A DNA stretch of 64,000 bases, taken from NCBI GenBank assembly GCA_963663405.2, contig CAXXSM010000130.1, positions 1 through 64,000 on the forward strand, read 5' to 3'. This DNA is from a bacterium (GTDB lineage Bacteria; Hinthialibacterota; Hinthialibacteria; Hinthialibacterales; Hinthialibacteraceae). Positions 1 to 9,235 of this stretch are shown piece by piece (within the stretch, counting starts at the first letter, position 1; each line of letters starts with the position of its first letter). The position numbers and the translations under genes were made by a program. Below the pieces are notes generated by a model. The model ran no database searches, had not been told where the DNA came from, and saw only the letters and a list, made by a program, of their open reading frames with translations.

Positions 1-97
1 TGATTCGGCATTCGATAAAGAACCTTGGTTTATTGCATAGTTGAATAAATCTTCTAAAAATAACTAAATGTGGATTTAAGTCTTGTCTCATATATCT

Positions 98-242
98 CCA
101 GGGCAGAAAAAAGCCTTGCCCTGGGCACCCTCTCAGGGAGCGATCCGCATACGACGGGTGGCCAGGGCAAGGTTTTTCATCTGCCCTGGCGCTACGTTCC
201 AGAAATTTTGCAAGGAGAGAAAAAAACCTTCCCCTTGGCGCC
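98..242. repeat. Cluster of three REP-like hairpins (family D) in alternating orientation: 98-130 (-), 156-190 (+), 210-242 (-)
   Basis: Consensus GGGTGGCCAGGGCAAGG-(pyrimidine run)-CTGCCCTGGC; further copies at 5835, 23340 and 29666. Confidence 0.85.
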
Positions 243-307
243 TTCTGTGTTTCTCGAATTTATCCAGCATACGTATTGTAGGCGAATTTTGTTGAACGAA
301 TATTATT

Positions 308-3124
308 TTATTGTTCAACCCGAATCGTGCGTTTGAATGAGATTCGCTGGTTCCCCGCTGTGTCCGTGGCGATGGCGTAGTAAGTGTGCGGGCCTGCTTT
401 GGGACGATGCGTGAGCGTGTACGGCGCGTTGGTTCTTTTCCCGATCGATTCTCCATCACAGAACCATTCGACGCTTTGGATTCCACTTCGATCGCTCGTT
501 TTGACATGGATCGTGACAAGAAGGTCTTCGCGTACATCAATAGCGCTGATCTCCACGGATGGACGTATGCGGTCGACGCGTTCCCCACCTTCGAATTCGA
601 GTAGAACGGGGCGGTCGATCATCACTGTCGTCAAGGCTCCGGTTTTACATGGGATGGTTTTGATCCTTCCGCCATTCACGCCACGGACGATCATCTGTTC
701 CGCCCCTTCACCGAAGAATTGCAACCTAAGACCCACCGTGCCTGGTTCAACCGGCTCGAACGCGTATTGATTCGCTGCACATTTGCTCGCTCGAACGGCG
801 CGTTCATTCATTGTTTCGGCGTAGAGTTCAATCGTTTCTCCATAACTTTCCAGCGAATCCAGCTGAATCCAGGCTGCGCTTTGACCACCTTCAATGATTG
901 TTTCGTTGGACAGAACGGGCGCGCCTTCCGGATAGGTTAGATTCAATATCGTTTGATTCACGGAACCAGAAAAGTTTGCGATCGCAAGAACGCGCCTGTT
1001 GGACGGCGCTGGAGCGATCGCTCCACGCCAGCCTTGGGGAAGAGGAAGGTCCGTCCGCAATTGCTGTGCGTGTTCGGCGATTTGGTTGTGTGGCGTGTTG
1101 GCATAGATCGCGGTAATTAGATCCACTCCAGCGCCGCCGGCCCGGAGCGCTTTCCCGTTCATGGGCGAGGCGAACACGGTATCGCACTTGTCTTTATACT
1201 CCGGTTGACGCGCCCAGTTATAGCCGAGGCGCCGCTCGATCTTCAATTGATTGTTTCCACCCGAAACCACCATTCCCAGCAGGTCTTCCACACACCACCA
1301 GTTGGAATCGCGGAGAGCCTCTTGTTCCAGCGCCTGAGCGCCCTGCGCGTCGTAATAGTGACGGCTGGATGTGAAACCGGGCCGCGCGTAGAAATAAACC
1401 GGCAATCCGGTCCAACGCAGACGGCAGTCTTGCTTCGCCTGGAACTGTGTGAACATAACGCAGGGGCCGTCCTCGAATGAGAAATAAGCGTAATACCGGT
1501 CCAACACCGGATCGGTGACAAGACCCGCCGTGTGGAATCCGGCGTCATTGAATTGATAGGTGTAGAGCGAGTTGGGTTTCGACACCTTGCGCTCTTTTTC
1601 ATTCCCGGTTTGGACTTGAATATCTCCTATGAGCGATTCGGGATGTAAGTAGACCAACGGCTCCGGCTCGTTTACCTCCAATCGCGAGGGAACCACGAAA
1701 CCGGTCAATCCATTGCCGTAGGTTTTTGTTACATCGCGGTTGGATGAGATCGATCCCCAAGCAAAGGAATTCCAGCGCCCTTTTGTACGATGAATCAGAC
1801 AACGAAGCCAGCGATAATGATATGCGCCATCGAGGGATTGATACGCCTCATGGTAGGGAAGCGGTTCGGCGCGTGGACCGGCGTATTTGTGCATGAGATA
1901 GGCGGTTCCCGCTTTCGCCCAGGAATTGCGGTGGTAGTCGTACCGCCTAATGGCGCGGCTGTGGCGTTTCAATAGATTGGCGGCCCGTTCTTCCAGCGCC
2001 GCTGAAAAAGGATCTTTTTGCACGACCGCTCCATAGCAGTGGATCAGCAAGGAAACGCCATAATACGAATCATATTCCGCGCCGTGGGGCGCCGCCGACT
2101 CACCTTCAGGCAATGATAATACTTGGTGAAATTTTAGGACGCCTTCGAATCCATTGCCGTCATACGTGAATGTTTCGGGCATGGGAACGCCGGTCAGCGC
2201 GCTTAGGAGATGGATATACGTGTAACCTTCAAAGAGCATATCTCCCCCGTACCAAAGATTACACCAGCCGTGATGATCGCAGGAATAGTCTTGATAGAGG
2301 TTCCATCCTTCCGCCCATTCCCGCACGGGCTTTCCATCCGCGATGGCGCCGCAGGTGAAATCGTGGAGGGTGGAGACCATATCGATGCCGAAGGCGGCGA
2401 TGAGGCTGCGTTTAAAGTCGAGATCCGCCAGTTCGGGGAAGAGATAGGCGGCTCCCATTGTACTCGACAGGTCTTGTTTGACTTGATCGTGGTTGCCGCC
2501 TTGGACGGGATACCAAGTTTTTGTGTCACGGTCCAGGTTGGCTCCACCGGTGAAAACATCTTGACATAAATCCTTGGTTTCCGCGTCGAGTTGATCCCAC
2601 AAAATCGCTGCTGCCATAGTCAACCAGCCGACTTCATCCGCCCGGTAGCCATACACCCGCCGCCAGTGATCCCCGATCCGGAACTGGGGCCGCGTGTTGG
2701 GGAGATAGTAGTAGGGATTTTCAACATAGATACTTGTCAAACAGCACCAACGGAACGCTTTGACGCAGCGGTCCATCAATTCCGCGCGTGTGAGTTTCTT
2801 TTCGCCGAAGGTCTCCTGCTCCGTTTCCGTCAACAGAATGGCGTAGCAGTAGATCGCGTGCCCGGTTCCGCAGACAGTGATGATGGTCGCGTAAGGCTCA
2901 TCCATCCAGTCACCGTATTTACGGAAATCAAAGAAACCACTGTTAGGCACACGATCGGAATCATCAACCCACAACGGCTCAAACACATCCACCGCGTCTT
3001 CGACAACGTCCAGATACAACTGACACAATTCCTCTTCCGTCATCGCCTGCGCGGGTGATGGATTGAAATTCGAAACGACGAGAAAGGCGGATACTATACA
3101 TGAGAATTGAACGATTGATTTCAT
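308..3124 (-). CDS. Large secreted protein (938 aa): helical N-terminal region, possible lyase/glycosidase fold, and C-terminal bacterial Ig-like domain
   Basis: Signal peptide ending AQA; C-terminal SDRSGIQSVEWFCDG...NAPY...YYAIATDTAGN is Ig-like; function inferred only. Confidence 0.7.
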   Translation of the reverse strand: MKSIVQFSCIVSAFLVVSNFNPSPAQAMTEEELCQLYLDVVEDAVDVFEPLWVDDSDRVPNSGFFDFRKYGDWMDEPYATIITVCGTGHAIYCYAILLTETEQETFGEKKLTRAELMDRCVKAFRWCCLTSIYVENPYYYLPNTRPQFRIGDHWRRVYGYRADEVGWLTMAAAILWDQLDAETKDLCQDVFTGGANLDRDTKTWYPVQGGNHDQVKQDLSSTMGAAYLFPELADLDFKRSLIAAFGIDMVSTLHDFTCGAIADGKPVREWAEGWNLYQDYSCDHHGWCNLWYGGDMLFEGYTYIHLLSALTGVPMPETFTYDGNGFEGVLKFHQVLSLPEGESAAPHGAEYDSYYGVSLLIHCYGAVVQKDPFSAALEERAANLLKRHSRAIRRYDYHRNSWAKAGTAYLMHKYAGPRAEPLPYHEAYQSLDGAYHYRWLRCLIHRTKGRWNSFAWGSISSNRDVTKTYGNGLTGFVVPSRLEVNEPEPLVYLHPESLIGDIQVQTGNEKERKVSKPNSLYTYQFNDAGFHTAGLVTDPVLDRYYAYFSFEDGPCVMFTQFQAKQDCRLRWTGLPVYFYARPGFTSSRHYYDAQGAQALEQEALRDSNWWCVEDLLGMVVSGGNNQLKIERRLGYNWARQPEYKDKCDTVFASPMNGKALRAGGAGVDLITAIYANTPHNQIAEHAQQLRTDLPLPQGWRGAIAPAPSNRRVLAIANFSGSVNQTILNLTYPEGAPVLSNETIIEGGQSAAWIQLDSLESYGETIELYAETMNERAVRASKCAANQYAFEPVEPGTVGLRLQFFGEGAEQMIVRGVNGGRIKTIPCKTGALTTVMIDRPVLLEFEGGERVDRIRPSVEISAIDVREDLLVTIHVKTSDRSGIQSVEWFCDGESIGKRTNAPYTLTHRPKAGPHTYYAIATDTAGNQRISFKRTIRVEQ

Positions 3125-3228
3125 TGGATACCCCCTGGAATGATAATTGAGTTACCATTCAATTTACCATAAATTGGGAGTTGGTTGTATGGTGGAAGAG
3201 AGGATAGGAGTATTTTAAAATCGTGAAA

Positions 3229-3502
3229 TTATTCTTTAGCGAGTTTCTTAATGTCTTCCAGTATGGTTTGCCTGAAAGCGCTCTCATCAGCCATGGCGCC
3301 CATCGCCAATAACTCATAGAAGGCTTCTTTCGGATCTTGCTGTCGCAAAGCGTCACGGCGAATCAGATCACGGATATAATCGCTTGAGTCGACATACAAC
3401 CCCATCCCGGCCGGTGCGAAACTCAACATGCCGCATTAGGCTCTCCGGCAAGCGGACTTGAACGCGGTTCATTTTCTCGTTTTTTATCTGTGTATCGGGC
3501 AT
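3229..3502 (-). CDS. Ribbon-helix-helix ParD-like antitoxin, frameshifted in a G run near 3400; no toxin adjacent
   Basis: Joined frames give MPDTQIKNEKMNRVQVRLPESLMRHVEFRTGRDG/LYVDSSDYIRDLIRRD; GGGAG RBS upstream. Confidence 0.65.
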
Positions 3503-3523
3503 AATAGTCAATAATCTCCCAAT

Positions 3524-3733
3524 TTACGTTTTTTCATCATGAGTACGCGGAGGAACGCCAAGTCTATCCACTGCATCTAAGGCTTTCCACAGTTCCGGCC
3601 AATTCGTTTCATTGCGGGTTTCATCCGCCTCTTCGCCTGTAACGATATCAAATTCTTCCAAACCATGTAACTGCTCAGGATCTTTCACTTTTAAAGAACC
3701 ATCTTTTTCAACGGCGACTCGGACAATCATCGA
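3524..3733 (-). CDS. Small hypothetical protein, antitoxin-like, possibly truncated
   Basis: AGGAG RBS before MIVRVAVEKDGSLKV; beta-rich N-terminus and acidic helical tail. Confidence 0.45.
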   Translation of the reverse strand, partial: SMIVRVAVEKDGSLKVKDPEQLHGLEEFDIVTGEEADETRNETNWPELWKALDAVDRLGVPPRTHDEKT

Positions 3734-3969
3734 GACGATTCTCCTTTCCTGATTGCGAACGATCAAAAATCATCCACCTTCTGGGATGTAGTTTTAGTAT
3801 ACTGCAATGGGAAAAAACGTCAAAATTAAAAAAGTTTAATCCATTTCTTGAATCATCAATCAATGTGCTATAAATGGAGCGTTGGTTGTATGGAGGATGG
3901 GGGGGATTTTAAATTATAAATGTGTTCATGTTTATGGTTAGCTGATCATGAATGAAACCGTAGTAACAA

Positions 3970-5520
3970 TCAAAACAGCATGAAATTCTTGACATCGACC
4001 GGTTCTTCGAGATTGCCTCCCTTGCCGGTGTTGTTCAGATAAGGGGGGCCGGCGTAGGGATCGTCTGGATCGATCAAGGCGTTGTTGAAGGTTACCCCGG
4101 TATCTTCCCCTTCTAGAACCACGTTGGGAAGCAGGTCATTATCTTCGACAATCGCATAGTTGCCGTCGAAGATGTTCCCTACGCCGTTTATGACGAGGTT
4201 TTCGTTAAAACCTGATTGTGGATCTACTGTGTCCGCTGTGAGATAACTGCCTCTCGGATCGTCGGCTGTGAGAACGGCGGAAATGCAATTTTGGAAGATG
4301 CAATCATTGATCGCCGCGTTGCGCGGGCGGCCCTGGGCGTCTAAGAACCGGATCGCGATGGGATTGTTCACGAATGTGCAATTCCGGATGGTGATATCAG
4401 GATCGTTGCCATCATTGCGCAGAAGAACGGCGGCGCCGCGAGTAAGGCCTCCCCACGCGCCGAAATAATCATCGGCGACCATGTTGTCGATGAAGAGACT
4501 GTTTTCAAGAATCAGTTCCGGCGTATATCCATCCCGGCCCGTCAATTCCACACTGGCCGCATCCTGATCGACATCGGCGAGTTCAGCTTGCTGGTTTTTA
4601 TGGAAAATCGAATCTTGAATCGTCAGAGTTCCTTTCCCTGAACCAACGATTCCGTGGAGTTGATTGGATACATAACAACTTTGCACGAGCACGTCGTTGG
4701 CCTGACCGCGTCCCCGGATGATAAGGCCGTTGTCTCCTCCATTGAGGAACTTGCATCCATGAAAGGTCATCTTCGGTCCAATCGCATTGATATCGACACC
4801 GGCGTCCGCCGCTTCGGATTCTGAGTATCCATAAAAATAAACTTGGCTGAAATCCCCGCGTTCTTCTCCCACAGCGCCGTCAAATACGCAGTTCTTGAAC
4901 GTATAACTATTATCAAATCCCAACCCGGCGATATCCGCGGCGTTGTTGAAATTCACTAAATCTTCCCCTGGAGCGATTTCGCCGGATTGGCCGAAGAGAA
5001 CGTTGTTAAAAGTCATATTCCCGGCCTGTCCATTGAGCGCGTATTGATCGTTATCAATCGTGGAAGCGCGCAGGATTTCAACATTCTCCACCGTGATGTT
5101 TTTCCCGATAAAAGAAAAAGTTGCGATAAAATTGTCATCGCCATTATTCGTGAAAACGCCGTAGCGCGTCGCTTCGACTGTGAGAGGATTGATCTTTGGC
5201 CGGTTGTCTGGATCGGCGCCCCGGATAGTAAACGGATCGCGGCGGTTGGCCAAATCGATCGCATCATCCAGATATCCCGTTGGAGAAGCGTCCGATGGAT
5301 TCGGGACCAATCCACCGATCATAATCTGTTCGTCATATTCCGCGCCATCGAGAATCTCCACGGCGTCCGGTTCCCCATCGGTCACTTGGGCTTCAGTGAA
5401 AGAATCAATCGCGGCTTGAATGCTGGTGAAATCGGCGCCGGACTGGCCAACTGTTTTTGTGGTTGAAAAGCCGGGCATAGCGATCGCTAAGGCGATCAGG
5501 CAAAATAGGAATTGTTTCAT
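3970..5520 (-). CDS. Secreted right-handed beta-helix (pectin lyase-like) protein, 516 aa
   Basis: Signal peptide; GADFTSIQAAID motif; repeated I/F-x-N-C-x-F-x-N beta-helix units; ends PVDVKNFMLF. Confidence 0.75.
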   Translation of the reverse strand: MKQFLFCLIALAIAMPGFSTTKTVGQSGADFTSIQAAIDSFTEAQVTDGEPDAVEILDGAEYDEQIMIGGLVPNPSDASPTGYLDDAIDLANRRDPFTIRGADPDNRPKINPLTVEATRYGVFTNNGDDNFIATFSFIGKNITVENVEILRASTIDNDQYALNGQAGNMTFNNVLFGQSGEIAPGEDLVNFNNAADIAGLGFDNSYTFKNCVFDGAVGEERGDFSQVYFYGYSESEAADAGVDINAIGPKMTFHGCKFLNGGDNGLIIRGRGQANDVLVQSCYVSNQLHGIVGSGKGTLTIQDSIFHKNQQAELADVDQDAASVELTGRDGYTPELILENSLFIDNMVADDYFGAWGGLTRGAAVLLRNDGNDPDITIRNCTFVNNPIAIRFLDAQGRPRNAAINDCIFQNCISAVLTADDPRGSYLTADTVDPQSGFNENLVINGVGNIFDGNYAIVEDNDLLPNVVLEGEDTGVTFNNALIDPDDPYAGPPYLNNTGKGGNLEEPVDVKNFMLF

Positions 5521-5834
5521 TCTATGTTTTCTCCTTTTTCGTTAAATCATATTTGATCTATTGAAGAATGCGCATTCTGTTTCCAATGAAGATAATGCGA
5601 AGGATGTTTGGTGTAAAACAAAGGATTCCTTACCGTTCTTTCCTCCTTTCTGTTTATCCTCTCGTTAAGGTTTTCATATGTCACATTCATATAATTCTTA
5701 GTTCAGAAAAAAAGAAAGCAAGGGCAGATGTCGTATTTATTATGATGAGGATAGCTAATACGTGAGAAAAATTTGATACATCTGGAGAGTACGTTTTAAA
5801 AATAGTCCGTATTTTAAAGCCCAAAAAAACGAGT

Positions 5835-5870
5835 GAGTGGCAAAGGCAAGGTTCTTTTTCTGCCTTTACC
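5835..5870 (+). repeat. REP-like hairpin, family D variant
   Basis: GAGTGGCAAAGGCAAGG-TTCTTTTT-CTGCCTTTACC; stem changes are compensatory relative to other copies. Confidence 0.7.
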
Positions 5871-6051
5871 TGAATCGAAATCACATATATCTAGCGAAAT
5901 AATCTGCGCTGATCTTTAATAGAGTCTAGATTTCCTATTTGAACAACTTTTGGCCATAGGCGGTAGGCTTTCGGATAAAGAAGAGCAGGGCAGCAGAACA
6001 CTGCTCCGTTCAAAGAAAAGTAATAGGAAAATGTAGTTGCTACTTTAAAGA

Positions 6052-7693
6052 TTATTTTAATTTTTTTGAATGTTTCAGTAACCATCGATATAGATCGGGA
6101 TTGTTGTAGTTGATATTACACAGATCATCTTTCATATACGAATAGCCGTCTGTATGCCCTTGATCGTCATCTATGAAGAATTCCAGATCGCCGCCATTTT
6201 TAATATATTCCTGAAAAAAAGTAATAACTCTCGGCCCATTTACGATCCGATCCAACAAACCGTGATAGGCGCGGAGAGGCACACCCTTAATCGGTTCGGT
6301 ATTTATATCCCCCCCAGCCACACAAACTCCCGCCGCGAAATATTCGGGAGAATGACGGGTTACGAAAAATACGCCGATTCCTCCCATGCTGACGCCGGTC
6401 ACATACATCCTATCGGCGTCGATATTCGCAATCGCCATCACTTCATTCATTGTATTGATAATTAATCCCTCATCCCATAGTCTTGTAGAAATAGGAGCTT
6501 GAGGGAATAGCGCGACAAACTGGAACAGTTCGGGTAATCGTTCCCGGTTCTGTTCATCGGAAAGCAAATTAAAAATAACCGATTTGGAAGCGATGCAAGT
6601 ACTGCCATGTAGATAAACAAGGAGAGGATAGGATTTATTCGACTGGTAATCCGGCGGCAGGTAAAGCCAATACGGATAGCCCTCGTTTTTCTCACAGTAA
6701 ACCATCGTTCCCGGTTTAGGATCAATGATCGGCCAAAGCGGTGTGGGCGGCGCTGCGATCAAACCATCGACATCGCCGATGATTTCTACTTTTTTGTCTG
6801 CGCCTGCTGGGGGAGTGATCGAATATGTTCGGGAGGCTTTTGAGGCGTCTTGAACCAGTTTCCATATCAGGGATTGACCGTCAATTTCGACATCGGCGTG
6901 CTCTTCAGCGATCGTCCAGCCTTCAGGGATCCGTTCGGTTATTACCGCTTTATCACCCATAGAAGCGTATGATGTTAACGTCACCTGAATAGGTTTATTT
7001 GGCGTATAACCGTAATTCGTTTCCAGAGCACGGTTGACATACATCTGTTTTTCATTGAATTCAACATCGGAGAACGAACCTATAGCCGTTTGGTCTCTGC
7101 TTTCCGCTCGAACGGTAAACCCAATATACACTCCTCCTGACATTTTATTGTCTCTTAGATCGAGCAGCGTGCGTTGCTTTGTTTCGGCGTCCCGGAAATA
7201 AAAGAACTGCTGTTTGTTTAATAAAGCGATTTCCAGCCATCCCTTTCGCCAGTCGACTGGCGCCTGCAATTCTTCCCAAAAGTATCCTTCTTGGGGCCAA
7301 TTCCTTACTCCCAACATCAACGCTCCATCCTTTCTAACGCCGACGCAATGGAATCGAGTGTTGATGGAATTCTGTTGGCTTCGCATCTCCACACAGACGA
7401 CGCTATCAGCGGGATTTGCGCTTAGATCGTTATTCGGAGAAATTCGGGCGCGAAAAAACAAACGGCTCTTGCAAAATCGTATTGAGAAAACTCAGACTAT
7501 CCTCTGCAACGGATTTTGATGCGCCTTGATGATAAACCGTATATACGCCGGTTGCGTCATCATAATCGGCTTTGGATTTCGAGCATTCTCCAATAGAGGA
7601 AAAAGAATCGAAGACGCCGATCGCGTCGCTATATACTTTTACCGATACAATCGACATGATCGACAAATAAAATAACATAGCTTTCTTCATCAT
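6052..7693 (-). CDS. Secreted multidomain protein with C-terminal alpha/beta-hydrolase (esterase/peptidase) domain; frameshift near 7455
   Basis: ORFs 7430..7693 (signal peptide) and 6052..7461 join at an A7 run; YPLLVYLHG, GVSMGG nucleophile elbow, HGLLD, GH. Confidence 0.75.
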
Positions 7694-7788
7694 TTCTCTC
7701 TCTTTTTTTGTTGTTTTTTGGAATGAATTTTGACGACCGTTTCAAATTCATTACGGCGAATCCTACTCGTGGAAACAATTCCAACGCG

Positions 7789-8818
7789 CTATCCAAATTG
7801 TTTCCAATTGTTGACGCAGGTCAAATTCTCCGCTTTGTAGTATTCTAGGTGGTTGAGAGCCAAATCGGCCACTTTTTCGACTAATTCAGCTCGTTTTTCC
7901 TCTGACAACTCCGTGAACGAGTGGGCCAGATCGATTTTCTCTTGCAGTTGTTCGGGAGTGTCCGGTCCGGTTACGAGAACGCTGATGGGGTAAGACCAAG
8001 CGAAATGAATCGCGTCTTGAACGCTTACCCGTTCTGGAATGGCCACCGGTTTCACTGGAGGGCCCAGCCAGGTGTCATAACCAAAGAATCCCCCGTGCGC
8101 CAGCGTTTTCATGCCGATTAGGCCGATATTGCGTTCGATCAGCGCGGGCATCACGTTCCGGATAAAACTGCCATAACTGGGATCGGCGCAGTTGACCGGC
8201 ATCTGACAGGTTTCAAAAATATCGGTCCGTTCAAGCACACGCAAATGAGCGGCGGGATCTCTATGCCCCGTGAAACCAATATGACGGACTTTCCCCGATT
8301 CCTTCGCTTCGATAAACACGTCGAGCACACCATTGTCAATGCGGGAATCAACGTCTTCTGGACTCATGACCTGATGCATCTGCCAAAGATCGAGATAATC
8401 CGTATTGAGACTCCGCAGGGAAATCTCAAGTTGTGTCCGGACCGACCGCGCGTCGCCCTTCTCCGCTTTGGTCATAAGGAAAATCACGTCGCGATAGTCC
8501 GGCGTCAGTATTTTTCCTATTCGTTTTTCGCTGTCGCCATTGTTGTAAGACGCGGCGGTATCGAAAAAGCGGATTCCGCCTTCCAGCGCAATTTCTATGG
8601 TTCGCTGGGCGTCGCGATCGTTCATCCGGATCAGATGCGCGCCCACCAAGACCCAGCATCGTGACCGATTCACCGGTCCGTCCAAGAGGCCGGGCAGGCA
8701 GCCACTCACCAAGGCGGTCGCTTGTAGGTGTATTTGGATCGGCGAATGAATTGTTCATCATAAACAATCCTGTTGTCAGTCCAGTCAGCGATTTGAGAAA
8801 TTCACGGCGCTCACTCAT
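7789..8818 (-). CDS. Aldo/keto reductase with Tat signal; frameshift near 8645
   Basis: MSERREFLK Tat motif; RPLGRTG, FFDTAASY, SLRSLNTDYLDLWQMH, GKVRHIGFTGH; ends TCVNNWKQFG. Confidence 0.85.
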
Positions 8819-8835
8819 AGTATATCCTCTTCCAT

Positions 8836-9183
8836 TTATTCTTGTTCCGCGATCCGTTCCATCACATCAAGAGCGAACCGGGCGGACGCCGTAGCGGGGC
8901 CGCCGCCCATCTCCATTCCAACTTCGATCGCTTCCAAGAGTTCTTCCATCGAAGCGCCCGCTCTTGCAGCCTGATCGATGTGCCATTGCATACAGGATTC
9001 GCAGTCAATCACGACTGAGATCCCCACTGCGATCAGTTCTTTCTCTTTTTTCGGCAAGGCTCCATCCGAGAAAGCCGCCTTTTCCATATCCAGATACGCT
9101 TGATACACTTTCGATTTTAACGAGAGAAGTTTCGCGTGTGCCTCTTTTCGTTTCTGGATGATATCATCTATTTTACCCATCAT
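8836..9183 (-). CDS. Carboxymuconolactone decarboxylase / AhpD family protein
   Basis: GALPKKEKELIAVGISVVIDCESCMQWH with CxxC; GGAGG RBS. Confidence 0.9.
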   Translation of the reverse strand: MMGKIDDIIQKRKEAHAKLLSLKSKVYQAYLDMEKAAFSDGALPKKEKELIAVGISVVIDCESCMQWHIDQAARAGASMEELLEAIEVGMEMGGGPATASARFALDVMERIAEQE

Positions 9184-9235
9184 TTTCCTCCATTTTGAGT
9201 TTTTTTTGGCGGGCGGGACGCCCGCCCTCCATTGA

